A stretch of 64,000 nt of DNA from assembly GCA_965649825.1 (NCBI GenBank), contig OZ287709.1, forward strand, positions 469,080 through 533,079, read 5' to 3'. Below, one piece after another: positions 1 through 12,210 of this stretch. A model generated the notes under the pieces. That model was given only the letters and a program-made list of their open reading frames with translations, was not told the DNA's origin and did no database searches. This stretch comes from Penicillus capitatus (Eukaryota > Plantae > Chlorophyta). Position 1 is the first letter of the stretch. Each line of letters opens with the position of its first letter. A program made the translations under genes and the position numbers.

Positions 1-800
1 TTCGAAACTGTAGCCACCACTGCCGTCGCTTGCAACCGGTGGAAAATCATAAGGATCCGTCCCGCCGCCTTCTTCGTCCATCAGCCACGACAAGCCGCGC
101 GTATCCGGATCTGTTTGCTTCTTTACTGAAGGAAAACCAAATAAACTGTCTGTTTTCTGGGTGTACATAAGCAATGCGCGATTGGAGAAACGTCTGCGGT
201 TTTGTTCAGAGATCGAAGGTTGGTGGTTTTTACAACGACAAAGTGCGTAAAATAACGTGCGTTTGAGTCATCCGCCTAAACCATGATCCGCATTGGATAT
301 TCTATGATAATGATGTGACGTTAGGAACGGGCGTACGTGTCGCTGGGAAAAGGGAAGTGAAAACCATAGGAGGCCACGCAACTCCGATTCGAAGACAAGC
401 AATCGTGAAGAACACGGGAACGTGGTAACCATCCGATGATATGTTGACATTTGTCACGAATGTGCTGACTATGAGTCACCTACCTACCCACCTCTACATG
501 ACAGCAGCGGTTCTACATCTCACTTGGCAGTAGGGAAAGCAGAGCGCCTAGGAGGCTGAAGTTACAGCAGATGATGTTGGGGGAGAAACGGACGAAGCGT
601 TTGGTGAGTGCAGCCACTGTGATCACGATGCAGAAAATCCAAGTTCTTCGATACTCAGAGCATCATCAGGTCCTGTCGTGACGGTTAACTCGAGCACTGC
701 CGAGAAGGGACACAAACAGAGGCACGCGGCTCCTCTATACGGCAAGCCAGTGAGCGGAACGCCATCGCGTCCGGGGCCCTCGACGGCAAAGCGCTGAAGG
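1..800 (-). CDS. Partial hypothetical protein running off the left edge (unresolved exons)
   Basis: Minus-strand frame GFPSVKKQTDPDTRGLSWLMDEEGGGTDPYDFPPVASDGSGGYSFE is open to position 1 and looks protein-like; the upstream exons could not be resolved. Confidence 0.25.
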
Positions 801-2398
801 AATAGAGATTCATCCGTTTGCGCCCTTCACCTTCCGGTTTCTGTGGCCAATGAGACGGCGTCGTCTGCCAGCGCAGAACGACGTGGCGTCATGAGTCGGT
901 ATCTGTTCATGTTGCCGTATTGTTCACGTGAGTGGTGTTCTCTCCAAACCCCTTCCTGCGTTTGAGGTTTGAGATCACAACACGACAACATCGATTTGGC
1001 GCTGACGACAACGCATCGCATTCGAGGATGTGCCATTGGCACTTTTGTCTGGCGTTGTGTCTGGGACCAAACTCCCCTTTACAGACTGAGCCTTGTCACT
1101 CGACTGTCTCAATGACCAAAGCCGTTACACCATCTACAGATCTATCTATTTACACAGCTTGTCTTTCTGCAACCCCCGACGAAAATTGACCAGAGATGCA
1201 TTTAAGGCTTCAAATACAAACAAACACCAGCGACAAAAGCGGATACGCTAAAGGAATGTGCAGCGAGCGACGCTTGCGTTCATGATTTCTTTTCTGAATG
1301 GGATGTTCTTTATTTAAATATCGTGGCGGATTTTTCGTCTATGACACAAACAACGTACAACAGCTTTTCAGCAACCGGCTCCGCACACGACGGAATTCTG
1401 CCTCACAGCAGACCGAGTGCCTTCTTGGCAACTTCGGCATTCTATGTACACTTGTTTTTTCTATATACTTATAACAAAAAGGAAAAGCATGACAGGAACA
1501 CACGCTTGGTTTATTGCATAGCAGCGATTGAGGTCTATCCTAATCCAAATTCTTCTACGAGTCTGCATCTGGACTCCATACTGCGTTTATGAAGTTTTTT
1601 TTTCTGTGTGCATGCATTTCATGTGCGAATCATTGTGGCGAGATGTAAAACAGAACAGACAGAACACGGGCAGGAAGAATGATATCCGAAGTTGGCGACG
1701 ACAAGGATCGCGGTGCCATGCGTTTTTAACACCAACCGCTTTGGGATCCGTCGTTCTACGTCACCGACACATGTTACAAGTTATTTTTCCGCACGGCGAC
1801 AGTTATCGCTCGCGGAAAATGAATCTTCGAGTTCCATTGACAAACCAACCTTCACACAAACCCACCTGCAGTTACGACAGTGAAGATCGGTGCTTGAGAG
1901 TTCATGGTGGCAAGGTCAATAAGCCAGATGTCTAAGACGTATCTCAGACCATCGTTCGAGAAAATGGCTGTTCTGGGTGATTACGTATTCAACCAGATTC
2001 CACCCAGATACCGATTGTCAAGGATGAAGAATTATGCAGGACCCTGCCTTGCGGATTTCTCAGAAGTGTGACTGAATCCATCCAACGCTTTTATTGTTTC
2101 CACAAGGGTACCCTTCGCTCCACCATCCGTATGGAAAAAAGGAAGTGTCTCAGAGAAAAACATTCCATTGAGATCATCAAAAGCAAAGGACACTGACCCG
2201 GTTCTGTCCATTTTAATCTTATGTACCGTCTTACGGACGAGCTGTCCAACGGTGCATTTATTCAAAGGTGTCATCAAACGAAGGAAAAAGACCACGTTTC
2301 GTGGTAGGTAAGTATTACTAATGTTCTACAGCATTCGGCAGTCGTAATTGTCTCTGGCACTGCAAATGAAGTGTGGCGGAAACCATGTCATCCGGGCA

Positions 2399-5300
2399 CT
2401 ACTGGTTTGTTGTTTGGTCTTCGGCCTCCCGCTGCAGATAGGACTTCGATCCGAAAAAACTCAAGATCACGGGAAGAAAAACAAGACCATGCCAAGCACC
2501 GGCAATGACGACAGCAAGAATTGACTTAAAGAAGGTCACCAGAACATATTGCCCGGCAAAGCTTAGCGCTAAGATTCCTAGAAGCGTCGTAAAGGCGCCG
2601 GAAGCGACTTCGCCGCCAATGCACATGAGTGCACCCTTTGCTCTTTCAACGCGATCCCCTTCTAGAGTGAGAAAAGAGTGAGCGATATGAGCCGAGTAAT
2701 CAACGGCAATTCCGACGGCCATAACGAAGGTCACGGCCGAGGCAAAGTTTAAGTATAGACCGATAGACGACATGCAACCGAAGAGCACGATGTCAGTCAG
2801 CGCTACCATACTGACGACGAATGCCGCCGTGCGGATACAAGTCAGCACAATAACATTCATGACAAAAACGCCGATGCCGATGATGATCACATTGCGGATG
2901 GTCTCCCAAGCAATGGCGCGGAGTCCGTCAAAGAAGAGAAAGGTCTTAGAGAAAGCGATGGGATCAAGAGACGGTGCGGCATCTTGAATCGATGCCCTTA
3001 TGCTATCTAGCAACTGGATAGACTGCTTCCCATCCACAATATCCACACTAGATACCACAATTCGTGAAGAGACGACGCGAAGTCCAGCCTCTTCACTAAA
3101 GACAACATAGTCCTTGTAAAAGACGCCCGGCCCATCTAGGTATTCCTTGAGCCACCTATTGAAGGCAAATGCATCTGGAGCTGATCCAGCAACGAGCTGC
3201 TCAGCGTAACCCGATTCCGTTTGCAACCATTCTGAGTATCCCTCATACCTACAGACATGCACGATCCTGTCAGAGAGCGCGATGGACAGCGATGGTCTGC
3301 ACCAAGAGCGAACAGGTGGGACCACGTAAGGATTGGAGTCGATGGCAGATTTGAGGGCCACGAGTTCATGCTGGTGATAGAAATAGTCCCCTTCTGTCGC
3401 CTCCTTTGTGAAGACGGAGAAGAAGACCTGGTCTCCGTAGAAGTATTCCGATTCTAGATCAAAGGCCATCTTAAGAGGCGATTCATCTGGAGTAAACATG
3501 TCGATGTAATTGAAATCCATCTTGACTCTTGTGCATCCATAAATGGAGAAAAGAACGAGAAGACACTCGATGACGATCACGCTGATCCTTCCAGAAGGAG
3601 AAAGAGTGACGTACGGAATGTAGGTCCCAAAAAGCTTTGTCGAGAAGTTCGGGGCAGTTGGATCGAAGTCTCCGGCTCCAAAAATCTTTCTCCATGCCGA
3701 TCGTTGCTTCTTGGCATCGGAGTTCGACGGTGGCGTGGCATTCTCTTCCTGAGCTGGAGAGGGATCGCGGGGCAAAACTGCCATCTCTTTTTCTCGTTCG
3801 TTTTTGGCCTCGTGCATGTCGATCAAGCTCTCTGCGTAAGGATTGTCCTGGAAAAAGCATCTCAGTCCATAAGCGGGGCTGCCGTTTCGATATCTCGATT
3901 CTCTTCGGGCATCGAGAACCAAAAACGCCATGAAGAACGTCACCTGATAACAACACCAGATCTGCCTCCCCTCTCAGAGATATATGAGACGCACCTGGAA
4001 CAGAAAATCGAAGAAGATCGCTAAGGAGGCGTATACAGCAAAAGCACGCATGGCTGGAAGGGTCGTGTATAATCCCAGGATCAATGCACAGCAGTCCGTT
4101 GCAGAGGTGACAAATATGGAAGCTCCAGCGTGTTCGAGCGTCTGCGAGATTTTTTCCACCACTGGCAAATCGTATTGCATTTTCTGATAGGCTCCAATGA
4201 GCACGAAGGTATCATCGAGCCCCAAACCGAGGATCAAAAAAGGCAGCACCACCATCACCATATTGAACTGCAGTATCCGTATTGGCACTGAGCATCGAGG
4301 CATTGTCGATTACCTTAACTCCGAAGATCTGAGCGATACCGTATGCAGACCACAGAGAGAACCCGATGGCCGTCAGAGAGGCAAAGGATAGATGCATCTT
4401 GCAGGCAAGAGAGCTGTTCTTGTAGAGGACGACATTCGTGTAGCATGTGACGAGCAAAAACCCTATGACCAGTAAACCGAGATCCTTCCATGCCTGCTCT
4501 TCTGTTGCCTTCTGAACGGCATTCCAGTCAGCGACATAGCTATCGAGGAGCATGGTTTTCGAGATCTCTCTCAGTCGATCGACGATGCCTTCGATCCATT
4601 CCTGAGATTCGGGATCGATTTCAGCACCATCGACCTCCACCTGAAGGAGCACCGGGTATGTGTGGACGGAATGAAGAATACTGTACGCACTCTATCGTAC
4701 TCGTACAGCAGCGTCATGGCAAAGCTCTCGACGTTGCTGGAGCGTTCGATATCGGGTTCACACGAAGGATCTCTCGGTTTTCCCAAAAATGCATCCACCT
4801 TCAGCTGCAGATCAAACCGATCCAGCAAAATCTCTCCTGCGCTCATACCACGTCATCCTCGCGAGTGCACTCGATGCTGACCTACCTACTTCTGTTGATA
4901 TCTTCCAAAGGATTGAAGTCCTCAGCAAAGATGATCTCCGGGTCGTAGTCCCACAGATCCAGAATGCTCGTCAGCTGCACGCAGACAACAGGTGTGATTT
5001 CTAGGGGGTGTCTAGGAGAGGCCTTCTTACGATGCAAGAAGCGTTTTGTGAAGGTCTGATACAGATGTCCTCCAAACGATATGGGACGTCTTTGTACCAG
5101 ACTTCTGTATCTCGTATCTCCTCATAGACTCGATAAAATTCTTGAATGCTCTGTCGAGCGACGGTGTCATTTTTTAGCAACAGTCTTCCTTCGCAGCCTT
5201 GTTCGGTGATGGAGTGAGGATTCCTGATCGAGAGCACTCTTGCCTGGGCAGATGTACGGCGTTTCATAGAATGCATCGACTGCAAAGAATTACGCGTTCG

Positions 5301-5816
5301 CCATTGGACGTGTAGTACTGCTCGACGTAGGACTGGTCGGCGAAGGCTTTGGCGTCGTCCGGCGTAAAGAGATCATCGCCATCGAGCTCGGTTTCAAACT
5401 TTGCGTACAAGACGACTGCCCAAATCAATGCAAAAACCGTCGTGACGCAGATGACAGAATACGGCCTGTTGCTCAGAATGACGGCCCACCGACGGAAGCT
5501 GTAGGAGATGCCTTCAAGATAAGAACGTCATCGAGCTAGCGTCGATGCTTAGACGATTTACTCTTGTTCACCGTCGTGCTTAGATTATCCAGACACGCTC
5601 TGATGGAAACGAGAGGTGCAGGAGTCCTTTTGCTCTCCGCTGTGTCTGCTGTCGCCATCGTAGTGAACCAGGGTTGGTGAGATTAAGGCAAGGCACCGGA
5701 AAAGAACTGCTCAAAAGTTTTCGGCTTCTTCTAGACAATTGTTGAGAAATACCTTGTAGCAAGACGACGAAGACGATCAGATACAGCTCTTCTTTTATAA
5801 GACGGCGGATACGCAT
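2399..5816 (-). CDS. Patched/NPC1-like sterol-sensing-domain membrane protein (multi-exon)
   Basis: Exons give an N-terminal TM (NRPYSVICVTTVFALIWAVV...DDLFTPDDAKAFADQSYVEQYY), SSD motifs (VLPFLILGLGLDDTFVL; HAGASIFVTSATD) and the C-terminal TM bundle (AVGIAVDYSAHIAHSF...GGEVASGAFTTLLG...FFK...HGLVFLPVILSFFG). TAG at 2399. The start codon is tentative. Confidence 0.9.
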
Positions 5817-5934
5817 GACGTTAGGGATCGTCGCGATTTCTTCGTCTCGATAGGGAGACAGCGCACAAGACAGTCATAAGGCGCTGAAAGCAGGAGAGTT
5901 TTCGGCGGAAGACAGTGCAGTGGTGTAGGTAATG

Positions 5935-6560
5935 TCAAGAGACGTCGGTGGTACAGCTCCCCCGTCCGACGAGACATGCGAGTACTCCGTCCGCCAATGT
6001 CGTTTGCTCCACTTCATCCACTCTGAGTGACTCTATTGGTTCAAGACAAACGAGATCTGCGCAGTGGCCGCGGATTGGCGTTGCAATACATAACAGCGGT
6101 TGAACATGGTCGCTTTTCCTTGCCCCACGTGGCAATGGCCAAAACGTCGTAAAACCGTCTGTTCGGAGCAGGACGCCGGAGAGACAGTCATCTTGCCCCA
6201 ATACTCTGTCCTCGGCCTCTCGCCCTTCCGACATCTGACGTATCGCACTGTCGCCGAAGCGTGTGCGTAGCTATTTGGTTGGCATCTGAGCGACACATCT
6301 CGTCTGCACTTGTGCCTCATCATCGAGTAGACGGTACAGCCACAGCGTGCCTCGTGCTCTGTCAGGTCTTCTAGCGTCGACAGACATCAGTCCCTGTGCG
6401 GGCAGGCTCGAGGCTATACAAGCTGTGTTTCTCTCGTGGGTTATCGTCGTCGAAATCTCGCAGTGTCGATAGTCGGAGACGGTCAAAGAGACATCATAGG
6501 CATCACACTGTCTTTCAAAATGTCGTTCATCTCATTCAGCACCTACTCAATCAAGTCTCT
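5935..6560 (-). CDS. Hypothetical protein (two or more exons, family not recognised)
   Basis: ORFs 6271-6486 and 5935-6234 can be joined by a GT..AG intron into a protein-like frame; no motif recognised. Confidence 0.3.
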
Positions 6561-6637
6561 GGTACGCGTCTGTCCATAAAGAAGCCCAGAATCAAAGATC
6601 GAAAAAAATCACACGATCAAAATATGACTGGCAGCGC

Positions 6638-8682
6638 TCAAGTGCGTCCGGATGACGATGTCAGCAAGTGCACAGTCTGTCCAGCTCTCGTTCGCGAAGC
6701 CCCTCTCCCTTGACATTCCAAATCGTCCAAGTAATCTGTTTTGACGTCCCCTGTCACGTAGACTCCAGTAAAACACGATGCATCAAACTGACGAATGGAC
6801 GGATTCAGCTGGTGAGCAACACTCAGCAAATCGTCAATGGTCTGATAGATAAGGCCGTCTGCTCCAAGGACCTCCCGAACCTGTTCTTCTCCCAGTCCGT
6901 TCGCCACAAACTCTTTCTTAGACGGCATGTCCACCCCATAGACATTTGGATACTTCACAGGAGGCGAAGCGCTGGCGAGGTAGACTCTCTTGGCGCCGGC
7001 TTTTCGGATCATGTCGACAATTTGAGACATCGTGGTGCCTCGGACGATGGAATCGTCGACCAGCAGAACGTTCTTTCCGTTGAAGACGACCGGCATCGCA
7101 TTGAGCTTTCTTCTGACGGACACCTCTCGTAGCTTCTGATCTGGCATGATAAACGTCCGTCCCACGTAACGATTCTTGACCAGTCCTTCACGGTATGGCA
7201 GATTCAGCTCAGAGCAAACTTGAATCGCAGCAGGGCGAGAACCGTCCGGAACTGGAACGACGATATCGATATCCCATTTCATCTGACTAAACAACCAAAC
7301 ACCACAATGTGCACACAAGTATACACGATGACAAGATCGAGAAGATACCCTACCGTATCCGTTTGGCCAGTTTGGAGCCGAGAAGCAGCTGGAAGTTGTA
7401 GACAGAGATGTCATTGAGGACAGAATCTGGACGAGAGAGATAGATGTATTCGAAGAGACAGGGATAGCATCTTCCCAAGACGCATCTCTTCGACAGCAGT
7501 TCTCCATCGGGTCGAATGATGATCATCTCTCCAGGACGGACATCTCTCACGCGTTCAAACCCAATGGGCCCAAACGAACAGTCCTCCGAAGCAATGCACC
7601 ACTCCTTTCCCAACGCCGATTTCCGAGATCCCAGCACCAACGGTCTGATTCATGCTGCATTGGCATTAGAGGAATGGCGAGAGGATTCGAGACCTGATTC
7701 CGTACGGGTCCCGGAAAGCGACGATGCCGACATCCATGATGAGTGTGATGCAGGAATAGGCGCCTTTGATGAGTTTCATCAGAGAGGCGCCCGCCTCGAA
7801 GACCGTATCTATCTTTTCGGCATCTGTTATCTCTTTTTTGTTCTGCAAGGCCGCCGCCACATCTTCGCATTGCTTATCATAGAGACAGGAATGTTACCTG
7901 TACCGAACTGTGATGCGCTCGGTGGATCTCGTCTGCCAAGACGTTCAACAGCACCTACATCCGGGCACTTCTCTTGAGCCATAGAGCGATCCTTGATGTG
8001 ACTGCACTTCTGAATCGGACTGTGTGCGCAGATGTCGGTGTAGGTAAGAGTCTGAACTTGCGAGATGACTTCTAAGTTCTTCTGCATTGATGAGATTGCC
8101 ATTGTGAATCAAATAGATACCGAACGGTGAATTCACAAAAAACGGCTGCGCCTCTTGCGCAGATGTCGATCCTGCCGTCGGATAACGTACATGTCCGATG
8201 CCACAGCTCCCAGTCAATCGTTCCAAAATCGCTCGGCTGCTGAAGACATCCTTAACGAGGCCATTGTTCTTGTATTCATGGAAAGTTGTCCAGTCCGTCG
8301 TCACCATTCCTGCGGAATCCTGTCCACGATGCTGTAGCATGAGCAGTCCTTCATATAACTCGACATTTGATGATCCCAGGTGTTTGAAAATGGCAATGAT
8401 TCCACACATCCTCGTAACAGATCTACACAACTCCGGTGATGATTGTTCGAGACAGAGCGCATCACTGGACCTGGTGCGGTTTCGTGAAGACAAAGGGGTT
8501 GAAAAAGAGACATGGTGAAGAGAGAGTGGCTGTCCTTGTAGAAAACGCGTCGGCCGAGAGAAAGCGTCGCCGGGAGTCCGACGGAGGACCCGAGGACGGG
8601 AGCGGGGACAATGTGGAACGCATTCCAAGGGAGGCGAGAACGCGGTGCATTGCAACAGATGGGGTTGCTGCACCGTGCGCAT
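6638..8682 (-). CDS. purF: Amidophosphoribosyltransferase (glutamine PRPP amidotransferase) with N-terminal transit-like extension
   Basis: MCGIIAI, LQHRGQDSAG, GIGHVRYPTAG, HNGNL, RDPYGIRP-like, ASE, CLFEYIYLSRPDS, VLLVDDSIVRGTT, YGVDMP and DASCFTGVY motifs across exons. ATG 8682 is in frame through the intron at ~8421-8468. Confidence 0.95.
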
Positions 8683-8931
8683 GGTGTCCAGTGGATGGAC
8701 CTCAAGCGTCGACTTTTGCACTTGGCCGCGTTTTCGAGAACTGGACGTCACATCAAGAGGAAGAGGATTTGAGAGCGCGAGCGGGATGTCCAACGCACAA
8801 CGGACGGTGGCGTTTTCGAAGAGAAGGATATGAAGAGACGAGCCAGCGCCGAAAGAGAGACAGATGGTTGACCAGACAAAACGCGTGACTGTGTCTCCCG
8901 TTTAACGAGATTGCGCCTTGCATGAGGTAAA

Positions 8932-10785
8932 ATGTCCGCCAAGGCATTGGAAAGTAGCTTGGGGACAGATAGTGGAGGTAAGGGCAGAATCTACAGGCCC
9001 TTTCGTGCTGAAGCATAGAATCGCGAAAACATAAGAGTATGTATGTTGTGTGAGCAGACATTGACGCGTACGCCCGTTCGATTGGTATCGATTCCCTCCA
9101 GCGCGCCGAGAGTGATGAAGTAAAGCTCAGGTCACACGTTGAAGGCATAGTGGAGCTGTGTTGAATAGATTCGGAGCGATATATCCAGGGGCAAAACGAT
9201 GGACCCGACGAAGAGAGCACTGTTGGTCAACAGGTCCGATTCCCCAATTGCTGGCCGCCGCCGCCCTTGACCACTTCTTGTCCACAGGGATGGATTCGAT
9301 TACGCGCAGCGAACAATGGTAAAGAGTGTAGCGAATGCGTCTGCGGATAAACGAAGACATCAAGGAGCAGCGCGTCCTCTTCGTCTGAAAGTGTGATTGT
9401 TCTGAGGACGGATTTGTGTGATGGTTCCGTTACAGCCAATTGAGATGCCGACTCCGAAGAAGGAACTCGCCGCTCAACGAGCGCTGGCATCTTTGGCGGC
9501 GGAGTCGTTAACGTCTTCCTCTTCGCCATCGTTATCTTCAGGAAAAAACAAGGTAGCAGCTCCCATCAGGTGGCTGGACAATTGTATCCCTTCTCAGAGT
9601 GACACAGTTTCGCCCGAATCGTCTCAGTCGCGGCGCACAAGTGCGACATTGGAGTCGAATAACATCTCTGCTTCGAGCAAAAAGGCGATGGAGGATCCTG
9701 CGCCACTTCGGGATCGGGACGCTCAGCGTTGGGCGGATACAAATGGACGAGAAACGCCTACTGCGACCAAAGAAATGGCAGACGACCAAACGCAACTGTC
9801 ACAATCGACGCATCGCCAAGAGTTTGAGGAATGGACGAAATATGTCTTGTCTGACGTCGAGCACAAGTGTCGAGCATGCGAGCTCGAAATGACGCAACAA
9901 TTCGAACGCTCTGCGGCGAATCTGCGACAACGTCTGCAGGAGGACATCCATAACTGCGAGACAAGAATGAGTGAATTGGTTCGTAAGTGTGAACAACGGA
10001 TACAACAAGCCATCGCGGAAGCAACGGAGATGCGATTATCGGAGAATGGACCCATGGATGCGATGCACGAGCGACTTAAGCAGGAGTTCGCCAAGCGTAT
10101 GCAGTCCATGGAAACAACGACGCACGATCAAATTCGCCTGATCCGTGAAGAACAGCAAGAGGAGAAGTCGGTTCTGACATCACTGCTCGAAGAAAGAACG
10201 CATCAGCTACAAGAGCAGATATCTTCGCTGAGTGATCGCAGTAGAGAGGCGACGTTTGTACCTCGGCAGAAGCCAGACGACGAAACAGTCGCTCCACCAG
10301 CGCCATCGCGAAAAGTGGACGACAGACCTGAACCTCAGCCGGCAAATGGCTCCTCCTGCAAGGGTCCAAATGAAAGGCAACCTTCGTCCAATGCGTCAAA
10401 AAAGCCTGCCGTGGATTCGGACGCTACAGAGAAGGTCCACTGGGAGCGAAACAGACCTCCGAGCACAGACCAGAATATCGGGTGTCATCCCAGTATAGAC
10501 TCCATTCAGTACATGAAACGTCGACTGCCGCACTTGCTTAAGTCTCTCGAGCAGCAGCTACGTGAGTTCTTCCTGGAGATGTCAGACGATACAGAGACAG
10601 CGCTCGATAGCGAGATTCCTCAGCTACACAGGACAGAAAGCAAAAATCTGACAGAGGAATCGGATCCACTGCCGACGACTAGACCTAAACGCGATTGGAT
10701 GGATGAGCAAGCACGATTGACAATCATCGCCTCGCAGTTGCTGAGTGCTCAGAAGAGAATAATCAAACAGAAGAGGTGCAGCTGA
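8932..10785 (+). CDS. Hypothetical coiled-coil protein
   Basis: 455-codon ORF (9418-10785) rich in E/Q/R heptads; small upstream exons (DIDAYARSIGIDSLQRAESDEVKL; DGFDYAQRTMVKSV) appear to splice in via GT-AG introns. The start is tentative. Confidence 0.6.
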
Positions 10786-10829
10786 AGTGCCGCTTTTTTG
10801 AGCCCATTGGCGTTCGGCATGGCATTTTA

Positions 10830-12100
10830 GGGCATTTCTGGAGAAGACCTATGCAAACCTGCTAAGGTTCTGCTCAAGTGCCACGTCGATTGGAGAAGGA
10901 GAACAGAGGGCTCTCTGTGCTGCTCTGTGGAAGTATCTGGAATTCGCGGCGATGCAATTGCGCCGTGAGATTCGCCACTTCGAATGTCTCGATGAGCAAT
11001 TCCGCCTCGATTGTCGACGTTTTTTTCGCCAAATGCCGACGCCAAGAAACGACCTCGCAGACACGAAGATGCCTCTTCGGTGGATAACCACATTTTTCCA
11101 AGTTCTGAGAGACATGCAGCCAAATCTATGATCCTTTTAGATGGCCTCTCGGTTATCCATTCCTACACCACGCCTTCTTCTCAAACGAGCGATTTCGCTC
11201 TGCATGTTTTCGTTTTCGCAATGCACGCACTCTATATCGTTTTCGCGTGATGCTTATGGTGTCGATGTGCGCGATCGTACAGTGTAAGGAAGGTGTTTCT
11301 GTCACACATCATGGTGTCATTGTCAATGCTACCCCGTTTCAGCCGTTTACGACGTCGCATCGACGCGGATCGTGATATTCTCGTGCTCCGTCTGTCGCCT
11401 TGTGTTCCTCTCCGTTTTCCTCGCGATGCGTCACTTCATTCCTCGAGCAGAGTCCGTCCCTCTAATGCAAGGGCCAGACATCAAGAAGAAACCCAGCATC
11501 TCCCTGTTCAGACGTTTTATCGACGAAAAAATTCTGGGAAAGTGCGCAGCTCAACGTCACTTCATTCCGACAGCTCGTATAAGAGAGGGGGAGGTTGTAG
11601 GTTCGATGGACAAAAGCTCTCCGCTTTGAATGACTTCCTGCTGAATTCCACATCGAACGAAGTTCCCCATATCTTGACGAGAGATCTTACCAATCGTTCT
11701 ACAGACCCGCCTGCTGCGACTCGCATCTGTTGCGGATGTAAATCTCCTCTGTCATCATGTGCTTCTCTGCCGATGACGAAAAGCATGTCGCGTTTCTCAC
11801 TCTTTGCAGCCCTTGTCACTCTTTTGGTGTTTTTAGGAGAAACGGTGAGACAAGCAGTGTTGACGTGCTCCTTTGCATCACCAATAACGGATTCTGAAGA
11901 AGAGCCGAATTTGTCCTCACAGAGCAGCAGTGATCGTGCCTCTCGGTCCTGAGCAGCAATAACCATCACTCACTCGCAATCGACCTCAGGGCTCTTCAGA
12001 GATTCCAGTGAAATAAGACATTCTTTGAGCTTCCATTACCCAAAGCTGACGATGAAGCTTAGATTATCTGAGAGTTTTTTCCAGTCTTGTCAAAACACCA
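10830..12100 (-). CDS. Unresolved hypothetical gene, probably multi-exon
   Basis: Several protein-like minus-strand segments (e.g. KKTSTIEAELLIETFEVANLTAQLHRREF) but no consistent model could be built. Confidence 0.2.
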
Positions 12101-12210
12101 AGGTTGCATGGGTAGCATTAGAGGGTTTTTGAGCTAGCAATTTCCAATGCTTCTAGATTGCATCTTTCTTGGTGTGTCGTCCTTGTCGTTGTCGTCATCA
12201 TCGAAAATCG

